64,000 bases of DNA, taken from the NCBI GenBank assembly GCA_001437625.1, contig LIAL01000001.1, positions 756 to 64,755 on the forward strand, written 5' to 3'. Shown in pieces: positions 9,609-19,532 of the stretch. A model generated the notes under the pieces. That model saw nothing but the letters and a program-made list of their open reading frames with translations. It made no database searches and was not told where the DNA came from. The stretch comes from Nitrosopumilus sp. BACL13 MAG-121220-bin23. Lineage in GTDB: Archaea > Thermoproteota > Nitrososphaeria > Nitrososphaerales > Nitrosopumilaceae. Position 1 is the first letter of the stretch. Each line of letters opens with the position of its first letter. The translations under genes and the position numbers were made by a program.

Positions 9609-10643
9609 CTATGGAATTAAAACTGCACGTGCATCTATTTTTGAATTTTTTAATTTTTGTAGTGCTTCATTTGCCTTCTCTAAAGGAAATGTTTCATAAA
9701 TTACTTCAATATTATTTTCATCACATATTTTAATTACTTGCTCCATGTCTTTTGTTGATCCTATCAATGTACCTCTAATTGTTTTTTCTTCAAATACATT
9801 AAATTCTGGATTCTTACCTATTGTTGCAATTACAATTATCCCTCCCTTCTTTACTGATTTTATTGCAGTATCTGTAACAATATCTGCTGGAGCAAATACA
9901 ATTGCTGCATCTAACAATCCATGTCTTTCTTTCACTTTACCTAGAAATTCTTCTTGATCATTAGAAAATACCATTGTATCTGTTGCACCTAATCTTTTTG
10001 CAACATCTAGATGATTTTGCGTTCTTGAAAATGCAATAACTTTACATTTTTCTATTTTGGCGAATTGTACTGCCATATGACCAACTCCACCAATTCCAAA
10101 TATTCCTATTTTTTTATCTAATTTTGGTTCTGCAGCTTTTACTGCTTTGTAGGCTGTTATTCCTGCACAAAATAATGGTGCTGCATATTCTGATTTCATA
10201 CTATCTGGGACTTTTGTTGCAAAATCTTCTATAACTGTGATGTATTCTGAGTAACCTCCTTTCAGTGTCTCACCTGTAATTTTTGATGATTCACAGAGAT
10301 ATTCTTTTCCTTCATCACAATATTGACATTTTTTACATGCTTCTAGTAATGGGGTTATTCCTGCTCTATCTCCTATTTTGAATTTAGTAACATCATTTCC
10401 AATTTCAATAACTTTTCCAACTAATTCATGTCCTGGAACAATTGGCAATGTGTCTGGAATTCCAACATGTTTCCAATCTCCTTCAATTCCATGAAGTTGT
10501 GAATGACAAACACCGCATGCTTCTATTTTTAGTAAAATTTCATTTGATCTTTCAATTTGATGTTTATCAATATTAGTGGGTTTCAAAGGATTTGTTTCAA
10601 TTTTAGCACATTCTGAAAGTACCATTGCACGCATTTTTTCCAT
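9609..10643 (-). CDS. adh: zinc-dependent alcohol dehydrogenase (MDR family)
   Basis: GVCHSQLH catalytic Zn motif, structural Cys cluster CKKCQYCDEGKEYLC, and GIGGVGHMAVQFAK Rossmann motif. Confidence 0.85.
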   Translation of the reverse strand: MEKMRAMVLSECAKIETNPLKPTNIDKHQIERSNEILLKIEACGVCHSQLHGIEGDWKHVGIPDTLPIVPGHELVGKVIEIGNDVTKFKIGDRAGITPLLEACKKCQYCDEGKEYLCESSKITGETLKGGYSEYITVIEDFATKVPDSMKSEYAAPLFCAGITAYKAVKAAEPKLDKKIGIFGIGGVGHMAVQFAKIEKCKVIAFSRTQNHLDVAKRLGATDTMVFSNDQEEFLGKVKERHGLLDAAIVFAPADIVTDTAIKSVKKGGIIVIATIGKNPEFNVFEEKTIRGTLIGSTKDMEQVIKICDENNIEVIYETFPLEKANEALQKLKNSKIDARAVLIP

Positions 10644-10739
10644 AAATTCTCTTTTTCATTATTCTATTTAAAACACTGTACTGATTTTATTTCTAAATAT
10701 TGTAATTAAGATAAGATTTATTTCTAAAATAATATAATT

Positions 10740-10979
10740 ATGTATGTGGCTGATATCACATCTGAAGATCGTGAGCGAGTTAAATTACTATCTTTAATTT
10801 CTTCATCTAAAAATGAATTTGATAAATTATCTTTAGAACAATTAGCACGATTAGAAGAACTAGTTAAAAAAAAAGATTACAGTCACGATAAAAAGGCTGA
10901 TAAAACAAAATCCAAATTTCTTAAAAGAATCAATGTTAGAATTTATGAAATAACTGAAGGTAGAGGTATTTGGGGTTAA
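10740..10979 (+). CDS. hypothetical protein
   Basis: 79 aa charged helical ORF; no motif recognised. Confidence 0.4.
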   Translation: MYVADITSEDRERVKLLSLISSSKNEFDKLSLEQLARLEELVKKKDYSHDKKADKTKSKFLKRINVRIYEITEGRGIWG

Positions 10980-11022
10980 TTTTTACATCTATGTACAAAT
11001 ATTCTAATGATTTTGATTAGTT

Positions 11023-13050
11023 ATGGTTGAAAATAGCCTCATACATGAAACTAGTCCTTACTTACTTCAGCATGCAGAAAATCCTGTTAACTGGTATGGG
11101 TGGAATGATGATGCATTACAAAAAGCTAAAGATGAAAATAAACCCATTTTTCTGAGTGTCGGATATAGTGCATGTCATTGGTGTCATGTGATGGCACATG
11201 AATCATTTGAAAATAATGATGTTGCTGAATTTATGAATGAAAATTTTGTAAACATAAAAGTTGACAGAGAAGAGCGTCCTGACATAGATGACATTTATCA
11301 AAAAGCTTGTCAAATTACAACTGGACAGGGTGGTTGGCCTTTGAGTGTTTTTCTTACCCCTGATCAAAAACCATTCTATGTTGGAACCTATTTTCCTGTA
11401 TTGGATTCCTATGGTAGACCTGGTTTTGGAAGTATTTGTAGACAATTAGCACAAGCATGGAAAGAAAAACCAAAAGATATTGAAAAATCTGCAGAAAGTT
11501 TTATTCATGCATTACACAAAACAGAAAAAATTACTGTTCCTACAAAATTAGAACGAACTTTACTTGATGAAGCTGCAATGAATTTATTTCAATTAGGTGA
11601 TCCAACATATGGTGGATTTGGTTCTGCACCAAAATTTCCAAACGCTGCAAATATTTCATTTTTATTTAGATATTCTAAGATGGCTAATTTGCCAAAATTT
11701 AATGAATTTGCACTAAAAACTTTAAAGAAAATGGCAAAGGGTGGTATTTTTGATCAAATTGCTGGTGGATTTCATAGATATTCCACTGATGCCCGATGGC
11801 TAGTTCCTCATTTTGAAAAAATGCTTTATGATAATGCCCTTATGCCTGTAAATTATTGTGAGGCATATCAAATTACACATGATCCATTTTATCTTGATAT
11901 TTTACAAAAAACACTTGACTTTGTTTTGCGTGAAATGACCTCTTCTGAAGGTGGTTTCTATTCTGCATATGATGCAGATTCTGAAGGTGTAGAAGGCAAA
12001 TTTTATGTTTGGACTAAAAAGGAAATTAAAGAAATTCTTGGAAATGATGCTGATGTTTTTTGTTTATATTTTGATGTAACTGATGGTGGAAATTGGGAGG
12101 GTAATACAATTCTATGTAATAATCTTAATGTTTCTACGATTGCATTTAATTTTGGAATTACAGAACAAAAAGTACTTGAAATTATAAATTCATGTTCTAA
12201 AAAATTATTGGAAGTAAGATCAAAAAGAATTTCTCCTAGTTTAGATGACAAAGTTTTAGTTTCATGGAATTCATTAATGATAACTGCTTTTGCAAAAGGT
12301 TATCGTGTTACAAATGACATTCGATATCTAAATGCTGCTAAAAATTGCATTTCATTTATCGAAAAAAATCTTTTTGTTAATGGTAATTTATTGAGAACTT
12401 ACAAAAATGACACTGCAAAAATTAATGGTTATCTTGAAGATTATTCCTATTTTTCTAATGCGTTGTTGGATGTATTTGAAATTGAACCTAATTCCAAATA
12501 TCTTGAACTTGCCTTAAAACTAGGTCATCATTTAATTGATCATTTCTGGGATTCGGAAAGTAATAGTTTCTTTATGACTTCTGATGATCATGAAAAATTA
12601 ATTATTCGTCCAAAGAGTAATTATGATTTATCGTTACCTTCTGGAAATTCTGTTTCATCTTTTTTTATGCTAAGATTATATCATTTATCTCAAGAACAAT
12701 CTTTCCTTGATATTTCAATGAAAATCATGGAATCCCAGGCACAAACTGCTGCTGAAAACCCCTTTGGATTTGGATATTTACTAAATACTATTTCCTTGTA
12801 TTTGGAAAAACCTACTGAAATTACTATTATAAATTCTGAAAATTATGAACTTTGTAATTCTTTATTTAAAAATTATTTGCCTAATTCTTTTATGATAACT
12901 ATTGAAAATCCTGATCAATTAAAAACTCTCTCAAAATATCCTTTCTTTGCTGGAAAATCTTTTGAGGATAAAACATCTGTTTTTATTTGTAAAAATTTTA
13001 CTTGTTCCTTGGCATTGCATACTTTAGATGAAGTAAATTCAACACTTTAG
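11023..13050 (+). CDS. thioredoxin-domain protein of the DUF255/YyaL (SSP411-like) family with an (alpha/alpha)6 C-terminal region
   Basis: [45 protein letters not shown] is the family signature; 675 aa. Confidence 0.85.
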   Translation: MVENSLIHETSPYLLQHAENPVNWYGWNDDALQKAKDENKPIFLSVGYSACHWCHVMAHESFENNDVAEFMNENFVNIKVDREERPDIDDIYQKACQITTGQGGWPLSVFLTPDQKPFYVGTYFPVLDSYGRPGFGSICRQLAQAWKEKPKDIEKSAESFIHALHKTEKITVPTKLERTLLDEAAMNLFQLGDPTYGGFGSAPKFPNAANISFLFRYSKMANLPKFNEFALKTLKKMAKGGIFDQIAGGFHRYSTDARWLVPHFEKMLYDNALMPVNYCEAYQITHDPFYLDILQKTLDFVLREMTSSEGGFYSAYDADSEGVEGKFYVWTKKEIKEILGNDADVFCLYFDVTDGGNWEGNTILCNNLNVSTIAFNFGITEQKVLEIINSCSKKLLEVRSKRISPSLDDKVLVSWNSLMITAFAKGYRVTNDIRYLNAAKNCISFIEKNLFVNGNLLRTYKNDTAKINGYLEDYSYFSNALLDVFEIEPNSKYLELALKLGHHLIDHFWDSESNSFFMTSDDHEKLIIRPKSNYDLSLPSGNSVSSFFMLRLYHLSQEQSFLDISMKIMESQAQTAAENPFGFGYLLNTISLYLEKPTEITIINSENYELCNSLFKNYLPNSFMITIENPDQLKTLSKYPFFAGKSFEDKTSVFICKNFTCSLALHTLDEVNSTL

Positions 13051-13367
13051 ATTATTTTTAAATCTATATCTATTATACTGCCTACTTGTGGTCTACCCAT
13101 ATTATCATATCTTGATTTTGGCATTGCAATTGTAATTTGTGTTTGTTGATATGATTTAATATTTACAGTTGGTTGTGCTTGTAAAATTGCTTCTAACAAT
13201 GGCATTACCTGTTCTTTTGTTTCTGAATCTAATTTTTTAGAAACATTTTCTATAATCATTTGTTTTTGTGAAATTGGTTCTGTAGATATATTTTCAATTA
13301 ATGTTAATTGTATTATTTGACCATTATCTACAATCTGTGTAATTTTAAATTCATTTATTGCAGACAA
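13047..13367 (-). CDS. hypothetical protein
   Basis: 106 aa; no motif; stop-to-stop overlap with the convergent upstream gene. Confidence 0.4.
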   Translation of the reverse strand: MSAINEFKITQIVDNGQIIQLTLIENISTEPISQKQMIIENVSKKLDSETKEQVMPLLEAILQAQPTVNIKSYQQTQITIAMPKSRYDNMGRPQVGSIIDIDLKII

Positions 13368-13602
13368 TATTTTATGACGTTATCCTTATGATTTATCTTT
13401 AACGAATTGAAAAATATAATGCAATAACTGCAGTTGCTACAGCTGATGTTACACCTAAACCAAAAATAATCTTACTACCATCTATCTTCATGATGTTATT
13501 TTTTTATAATTCAAATTAAACTGTACTGATTTTTTAAATTATTTTAATTTATCAGAACTAATTTCTTTATATTTATGCCTGATTTTATTTCAAATTCTAA
13601 GT

Positions 13603-13917
13603 TTAACCTTTTCTCTCTTTTATTACACCATCTATTTCTATTGGTCCTAAAATTGATTTTTTAATTAATAATGCCTTTTTTTTAATTATTTGATTAAATT
13701 CATTCATGTCCTCTAAACTAGGTGTTTGTTGTTGGTTTTGATATGCTTGTAGAAATCCTGAATAGACGCACCCTGTAATTATTCCAAATACTGTATCTGG
13801 AATTGATTCTACTTCTGGAAGAAAATTCTCTGCAATTTGTTTATACGATTCAGACTCACTAATATAATATTCAATTAGGCTATCGATAAATTCTTTATTT
13901 TCTTTTGATATTGACAT
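13603..13917 (-). CDS. hypothetical protein
   Basis: 104 aa; no motif recognised. Confidence 0.4.
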   Translation of the reverse strand: MSISKENKEFIDSLIEYYISESESYKQIAENFLPEVESIPDTVFGIITGCVYSGFLQAYQNQQQTPSLEDMNEFNQIIKKKALLIKKSILGPIEIDGVIKERKG

Positions 13918-13999
13918 ATCTTTACTTTAATTCCTGGTTTATTTAATTATCTTTTTAAAAAATGATAAACTTATCTAAATGATCATTTTATTCTGAATA

Positions 14000-14317
14000 T
14001 TGTTAGAACACATTTCTCCAGAAATAAGAAAAACGTTGAGACAAATTAAGAGACAAACTTTAGCTCTACAATCTATACGACATCTAAATAAAATTCAAAA
14101 ATTAATTTGGTTTGAAATGGCAACACAAACAACTGGAATTGATGTTAGTCGTATATGTTGTAACAATAAACCAATAAATCTCACGGTATATGATGTTGGA
14201 GATTCTAAATCTTCTGTTTTACTTTGTACTAATCATGCAACACAAAAATATTTTTTAAAAGATATTTTTGAAGTTAAAATACTGGATGAAATATTAGTTA
14301 ATGCTCATACTTTGTAG
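14000..14317 (+). CDS. hypothetical protein (start uncertain; internal Met MATQTTG possible)
   Basis: 105 aa from a TTG start; no motif recognised. Confidence 0.35.
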   Translation: MLEHISPEIRKTLRQIKRQTLALQSIRHLNKIQKLIWFEMATQTTGIDVSRICCNNKPINLTVYDVGDSKSSVLLCTNHATQKYFLKDIFEVKILDEILVNAHTL

Positions 14318-14601
14318 TGATAATCCACTTTAATTTTTAATGCCTATTTTAAATTGTAATGTAAAAATAGCGTGTTATTTTTTATTTGATTATGGATATT
14401 AATGAAATACTCACTAGGGAAAGGGATTCTTTGAGAGATGAAAATATTGAACTCCGAAAACGAATTAATGATCTTGAAGTATCTTTACAAAAAGCATTGA
14501 ATTTACTCGAAAGCAAAGATTAAAAAATATTATTTAATTTATGCCTAGATTACTCTAAAAATTATGTTTTAGAATAAACATTTAGTAATTAGTATTTCTG
14601 T

Positions 14602-15072
14602 ATGTTTTCCTTGGCATCATGGAAATTAGAATTTGAAGATGGATATTTTCGAATATATGATTCTAAAAAATTAGTTGCTGGATATTTTGATCCTGATTAT
14701 GGTAATCTTTCTAATGTAGAAAATCCTGATGATGTTATTCTATCTAAAATAAAAAATCATGATGTAATATTGGGTGGTATGCTAATGATTCCTCTTGTTA
14801 AATTCAAATTATTTGACACGGATTTGAATACTGTTCTTTCTGAAGTAAAACAAAACATCTCTCGTGTATCTGTTCATTTAGAAAAATGGGGTACCTTTCT
14901 TTCTGAAATAAATAATACTCGCCATTTTATTGGAATTTCTCATACTGATCAAGATATGTTGACTATGACTTTACCTGTAAAATTTTCAAAACCTACTATT
15001 CTTGAAAAATCTAACTTGTTAGAAGAAATTCATCCTGTTTTGAGTTTATTAGAAAAATCTGAATTACTATAG
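14602..15072 (+). CDS. hypothetical protein
   Basis: 156 aa; no motif recognised. Confidence 0.45.
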   Translation: MFSLASWKLEFEDGYFRIYDSKKLVAGYFDPDYGNLSNVENPDDVILSKIKNHDVILGGMLMIPLVKFKLFDTDLNTVLSEVKQNISRVSVHLEKWGTFLSEINNTRHFIGISHTDQDMLTMTLPVKFSKPTILEKSNLLEEIHPVLSLLEKSELL

Positions 15073-15088
15073 TTTTTATATTTTTTAT

Positions 15089-15778
15089 TTATGGCATATG
15101 TTGTATTTTCCATTCTTTTGCTTCATTGTTACAATCAAACCATTCAATTTCTATTTGATTAGAATCAAATCCTCCTAATTCATTTCTAAACTGTTCACTA
15201 CATTGTTTTTCCATTTTTTCATATACTTGTAGTACTTTTTGTGCTGAAACGCCTTGCGGTTCTTCAAATTTTTCTCCACCCTCATAATATTTTATACCTA
15301 CTTTTGCTGTTTGAAATTCAACTAAACCTAAATTTTGATATTCATATGATTCTTGAAATAAGGCATCTGATCTAATTTTAGCAGATTCATCCCCTGTTTT
15401 TATCCATTCAATAAATTGTAAATCACTTTCTAGTTGAGTTTCAGCTGAAATTTTTAATAATATAACTGAACTCTTGAATAATTCTGGTGGTGTTAATTCA
15501 TCATACTTTGATATGTTTTTTTTAAAATTATCTATATGAATTTTATAAAATTTTAGTAATTCTATTTTTGAAATATCCCCTTCAACCCACTTTATTTTTT
15601 CTGAATAAAATTTTGCTTGTATGTCTGAAAGATTATTTTCTATTTGATTTAATTCATTTCCAAATTGTAATCCTTTTTGTTTTGTAATGTCTACTGAATA
15701 ATTATATGCGATAATTGAACCAATTATTAAAATGGCAATAGTAAGAATGCTAATATTTTGAATTTTCTTTTTTTTCAA
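15089..15778 (-). CDS. membrane-anchored hypothetical protein
   Basis: 229 aa with an N-terminal TM helix (ILTIAILIIGSIIAY). Its TTG start overlaps the stop of the upstream gene (CTTTGA). Confidence 0.5.
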   Translation of the reverse strand: MKKKKIQNISILTIAILIIGSIIAYNYSVDITKQKGLQFGNELNQIENNLSDIQAKFYSEKIKWVEGDISKIELLKFYKIHIDNFKKNISKYDELTPPELFKSSVILLKISAETQLESDLQFIEWIKTGDESAKIRSDALFQESYEYQNLGLVEFQTAKVGIKYYEGGEKFEEPQGVSAQKVLQVYEKMEKQCSEQFRNELGGFDSNQIEIEWFDCNNEAKEWKIQHMP

Positions 15779-16065
15779 AGATAATCTACATAATTTCCGT
15801 TTTCATCTAATTTTAATTCAATATTGAATTCAGCACCGCTAATGAATGAATCATTTCTAGTTGTTCTTACTCTACCTATAACTAACTCATATGGCCATAT
15901 TTCAACCACAATTGCTCCTACTGTCACATTTGGAGTTTCTGTAATTGTCATATCTTCACGTTTTACTCCGTGTCTTTCTAACATGTGAATTGCGTGATCT
16001 AATAGTGGTTCTGGATTGTTATAATTTAACACCCATACTGTTCCTTCATACTCAATTTTTTGCAA
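15775..16065 (-). CDS. hypothetical protein
   Basis: 96 aa with a TTG start; translationally coupled to 15089..15778. Confidence 0.45.
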   Translation of the reverse strand: MQKIEYEGTVWVLNYNNPEPLLDHAIHMLERHGVKREDMTITETPNVTVGAIVVEIWPYELVIGRVRTTRNDSFISGAEFNIELKLDENGNYVDYL

Positions 16066-16177
16066 TTTGAAACAATCATTGTTTCCTCATATAACAATTA
16101 TTCCCTTATCTTTATTCAATTTTACCCGTTAACACTGCTCTGGTATTTTAGATGTTATTTCAAAATTTTAATTAATA

Positions 16178-16948
16178 TTATGCCCATGAAAATATCTTTT
16201 TACTTTTATTTTGAATTCCAAAAAACATACCTAATGTGATTCTATCTGTATTTCCTTGAATTTTTGTAATTTCATGAAGATAATTTGGATTAATTATTAC
16301 TAAATCTCCTATTTTGGGTTCTATCTTGTCTACTTCTACATTTTTAGTCAAAATAGAATTATATCCAAATTCTATCTCCCTAAACTCTTCGAATTTTTTT
16401 TCCCATTTTTTTTTATATATTAATAATTTTCCTCCTCTTTCTGTTTCTTGTAAATGTAAAATACATGATATCTGATTATCTATTTTTGATACGTTGTATT
16501 CTATTCCTTCATATGTTACATTATCTTTGTGCAGTGGTACTTTCTTTCCTTTTTCATGCCTTCTAATTGTACATAATGCATAATTCATTCTATTTTCTTT
16601 TGTTTCTGAAATCTCATAATTTGGATAAACTTTTGAAATTACTACTTTTATTTTATTTATTGGATTATCGACATTTAGAAAAATCTTTTTAAAAATCATG
16701 TTTGCTTTTTTTGCATTTTGAAAATACTTTCCTTTTTTTGTTGTATAATTCATTAAAAAAGGACCTATATGGTTAAACTTTTTTGAATCATTTTCTATGT
16801 TGGTACTGTTTATTTTTTCAATTATTTTTTTACAATTTTCTTTTTCATAAAATTTTTTAATTATTATTGCTGATTTTTCTCCGCTAATTATTTTTTTAAT
16901 ATGTATATCACTAATTTTATTATTTGTAACTACTATTGAATTCCACAA
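16178..16948 (-). CDS. 2-oxoglutarate/Fe(II)-dependent oxygenase-like protein
   Basis: Putative facial triad and 2OG-binding Arg in the expected order and spacing: PLHKDN (HxD), NYLHEITKI (His), DRITLGMFF (Arg). The TTG start directly abuts the upstream stop. Confidence 0.55.
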   Translation of the reverse strand: MWNSIVVTNNKISDIHIKKIISGEKSAIIIKKFYEKENCKKIIEKINSTNIENDSKKFNHIGPFLMNYTTKKGKYFQNAKKANMIFKKIFLNVDNPINKIKVVISKVYPNYEISETKENRMNYALCTIRRHEKGKKVPLHKDNVTYEGIEYNVSKIDNQISCILHLQETERGGKLLIYKKKWEKKFEEFREIEFGYNSILTKNVEVDKIEPKIGDLVIINPNYLHEITKIQGNTDRITLGMFFGIQNKSKKIFSWA

Positions 16949-17236
16949 TTAGTATCCTGCTGCTCCTGAATGTGATACTTTAGATATCAAATCTCCTTCT
17001 GATGTCTTTGAATCAATTTCACATTTTAGAAATGAGCCTACAATAACTTTTTGAAGATCATCTATTTTCCAACTAGATTTGTTATCTGATAATCCTGGTA
17101 AATCTACATCTGAAATTATTATTTTTACTGTGTCTTGGTATTCTTCAGAATTTCCATTTTGTCTATGCGTTACAGTCAATTCAAAACTATCTTTAGAAAT
17201 AATATTCTTACCGTTACCCCAAATTATATCTGTCAT
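16949..17236 (-). CDS. hypothetical 95-aa protein, translationally coupled to the oxygenase
   Basis: ATG start. Its stop TAA (16949-16951) is immediately followed by the TTG start of the oxygenase. Confidence 0.5.
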   Translation of the reverse strand: MTDIIWGNGKNIISKDSFELTVTHRQNGNSEEYQDTVKIIISDVDLPGLSDNKSSWKIDDLQKVIVGSFLKCEIDSKTSEGDLISKVSHSGAAGY

Positions 17237-17585
17237 ATTTTTTTCCTAATATTCTGTTTTTTATCCATTCTGAATTTTTTTGTCTTTAAACTATTTAATT
17301 CAAATTTTATTTTTTTACTAGTGTTAATGTCTTTTTTTATTTTTATACTTATTTTGACCTGTAACTGAAAATACAGTAATCATTTTAGGTAATGATGAAT
17401 TAAAAAATTAATGACTGAAAACACTGATAAATTTTTTTTTGATGTAATAGTTCAGTTAAAAGAAATTGATCCTAAAGCATATTATCAAATTCTAGAAGAA
17501 TTGGGATACGATTCCAACGACGAGGAAAAATAACTTGTATTTTTAGTGGAAAGATCTAAAAAGAACTTTAATAATAAAAAAAAAA

Positions 17586-17771
17586 TTGATAGAAAAAACT
17601 AATCTTACATCTAAAGATCCTGGTAAAAAAATCCCTCGTTCATTAAATGATTTATTGAAAGTGGAAAAGGATTTAAAAAAAATGAATATTGATCTCAAAA
17701 AAGTTATAAAAAAAGTAAAAACACTTGAAAAAGAGAATTTAAAATTGTCCAAGAAATTAGATAAAAAATAA
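17586..17771 (+). CDS. Lys-rich coiled-coil miniprotein, hypothetical
   Basis: 61 aa with a TTG start and low complexity. The antisense ORF 17543..17752 is equally possible. Confidence 0.25.
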   Translation: MIEKTNLTSKDPGKKIPRSLNDLLKVEKDLKKMNIDLKKVIKKVKTLEKENLKLSKKLDKK

Positions 17772-17802
17772 TGTTTCTTACTGTACTGATAATTTGTGCC
17801 TA

Positions 17803-18036
17803 TTAATCGGTATTAATTACATTTAATGTCATTGTACTTACAACTCTTGAAAGTTTTCTAATTGTTGCAACCACTTTCTCGAATTCTTCTTGATCTTCTG
17901 TTTCAATCTCTGCAATTACGTCATATGCTCCAAAAGTCAAATATGCGTTATCTATTATTGTCATTTGGTTTAACTGATCAACAATATATTCTTCTGCTCC
18001 TAAATCACAATTTAATAAAATGAAACCTTTATGCAT
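17803..18036 (-). CDS. stand-alone Lrp/AsnC-type RAM (ligand-binding) domain protein without HTH
   Basis: 77 aa: GFILLNCDLGAEEYIVDQL...AYLTFGAYDVIAEIETED...TMTL, the typical AsnC_trans_reg fold pattern. Confidence 0.7.
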   Translation of the reverse strand: MHKGFILLNCDLGAEEYIVDQLNQMTIIDNAYLTFGAYDVIAEIETEDQEEFEKVVATIRKLSRVVSTMTLNVINTD

Positions 18037-18086
18037 TATTTATCTTGGATTAACTAGGTAGTTCTTATCTTTAAATTTTTATAATA

Positions 18087-19436
18087 TTACCATCTACTAC
18101 GTCCACCGTAGCTGTTTTTACCATCGCTATCGGTGTCTTTCCTTTTTGTTCCTCTATCGTCTCTGGTATTTCTACCGTAACCCCCGCCACTACTTCTGCC
18201 ACCGCCACTACTTCTGCCACCGCCACCGTAGCTACTTCTGCCACCGCCACCTCTACCATAACTATTTCCACCACCGAATCTTCTTGATGATGATTGTCTT
18301 TTTAGTGGGTCTGGAATTGAAACTTCGATATGCATTTCTTGATTTAAATCTCTTAGTGGTACTTTAATTTGACGTTTAATTATATTCCAATCTCCAATTG
18401 ATGAATATGACACAAATGTGATTGCTCTACCTTCAGTTCCTGCTCTTGCTGTTCTACCTATTCTATGGAAATATGCCATTTCTTGATTTGGTACGTCGTA
18501 GTTAACTACTAGTTCTACTCTTGGAACATCTATTCCTCTTGATGCGACATCTGTTGCAACTAGAATATCTGCTTTACCGTTTCTGAATTTTGCCATTGAT
18601 TGTTCTCTTCTACTTTGTGACATGTCTCCTTCTATTGCAACTGCATTGTATTTTTCTTGGTGTAAATATTTTGCAACATCTCTTGTTCTATATTTTGTTG
18701 AACAAAATACAATAATCTGACCTTTTAGTGGTTTAATGAAATCAAGTAAATACTTGAACTTGTCTCTATCTTTAATTACTAAAAATGATTGGTCTATTCC
18801 TTCTCCACTTAGATCATCTGCATCCAACAATATTTGTTTTGGATTGTGTAGATAATCTTCAGCTAATCTCAAAATTGCAGTTGGCATTGTTGCTGAAAAC
18901 AGTGACATTACTCTGTCTTCTGGTGATAAGTCTAAAATAAATTGAATATCATCTACAAATCCCATATCTAACATAGTATCTGCTTCATCTAGTACAATGT
19001 GTGTAATATCCCCTAATTCTATTGAACCTCTTTTAAGATGGTCAATGAGTCTACCTGGTGTTGCAACAATAATCTCTACTCCTCTATGTAATGCATCTAA
19101 TTGAATTCCCATACCTTGTCCTCCGTAAACAGTTGCAATTTTAATTCCTGTGTGCTTTCCCATTTTTCTAATTTCTGTACTAATTTGTATTGCCAACTCT
19201 CTTGTTGGTGCCATAATCAATCCTTGAATTCCTTTTTTTGGTATGATGTCATTTAACATTGCTAAAGCAAATGCTGCTGTTTTACCTGAACCTGTGTGGG
19301 CTTGTCCTACGACGTCTCTTTTAGTAAGTAATACTGGAATTACTGCTTCTTGAATTGGAAATGCGTCTTCATAACCTTGATCAGTAACTCCTCTTAACAC
19401 TTCATCTTTTAATCCTAAATCTTTAAATTTTGTCAT
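18087..19436 (-). CDS. DEAD-box ATP-dependent RNA helicase with a C-terminal RGG/GGY low-complexity tail
   Basis: Q motif FPIQ, AHTGSGKT, VLDEADTMLD, SAT and HRIGRTARAG. The last ~70 aa are GGGNSYGRGGGGRSSYGGGGRSSGGGRSSGGGYGR.... Confidence 0.9.
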   Translation of the reverse strand: MTKFKDLGLKDEVLRGVTDQGYEDAFPIQEAVIPVLLTKRDVVGQAHTGSGKTAAFALAMLNDIIPKKGIQGLIMAPTRELAIQISTEIRKMGKHTGIKIATVYGGQGMGIQLDALHRGVEIIVATPGRLIDHLKRGSIELGDITHIVLDEADTMLDMGFVDDIQFILDLSPEDRVMSLFSATMPTAILRLAEDYLHNPKQILLDADDLSGEGIDQSFLVIKDRDKFKYLLDFIKPLKGQIIVFCSTKYRTRDVAKYLHQEKYNAVAIEGDMSQSRREQSMAKFRNGKADILVATDVASRGIDVPRVELVVNYDVPNQEMAYFHRIGRTARAGTEGRAITFVSYSSIGDWNIIKRQIKVPLRDLNQEMHIEVSIPDPLKRQSSSRRFGGGNSYGRGGGGRSSYGGGGRSSGGGRSSGGGYGRNTRDDRGTKRKDTDSDGKNSYGGRSRW

Positions 19437-19457
19437 TTCATTTCATTCTCTTAAGCC

Positions 19458-19488
19458 ATGACGATAAAGCATATTGGCTACTCGTCAT
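19458..19488 (-). promoter_or_regulatory. 7-bp inverted repeat (ATGACGA/TCGTCAT) in the putative 5' leader of the DEAD-box helicase
   Basis: Read directly from the sequence. A TTTATTATA TATA-like element lies ~30 nt upstream on the minus strand (~19515-19523). Confidence 0.25.
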
Positions 19489-19532
19489 TATTCCGATATC
19501 CAAAAAATTGTTTCAGGTATAATAAACGCTTC

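Noticed and set aside
13390-13492. 30-aa hydrophobic mini-ORF (MKIDGSKIIFGLGVTSAVATAVIALYFSIR) on the minus strand
   Set aside because: It is plausible as a single-TM micropeptide, but it is too short and unsupported to call. I note it only.
17385-17430. C/D box sRNA (AUGAUGA at 17392-17398, CUGA at 17415-17418 and 17424-17427)
   Set aside because: Spacing is wrong: 16 nt rather than ~12 between the C and D' boxes. There is no proper C' or terminal D box and no terminal stem. The sequence also overlaps a possible 40-aa ORF start.
18071-18367. ORFs 18071..18274 (-) and 18146..18367 (+), rich in VAEV and HRH repeats
   Set aside because: They are other-frame readings of the RGG-encoding repeat at the 3' end of the DEAD-box helicase gene.
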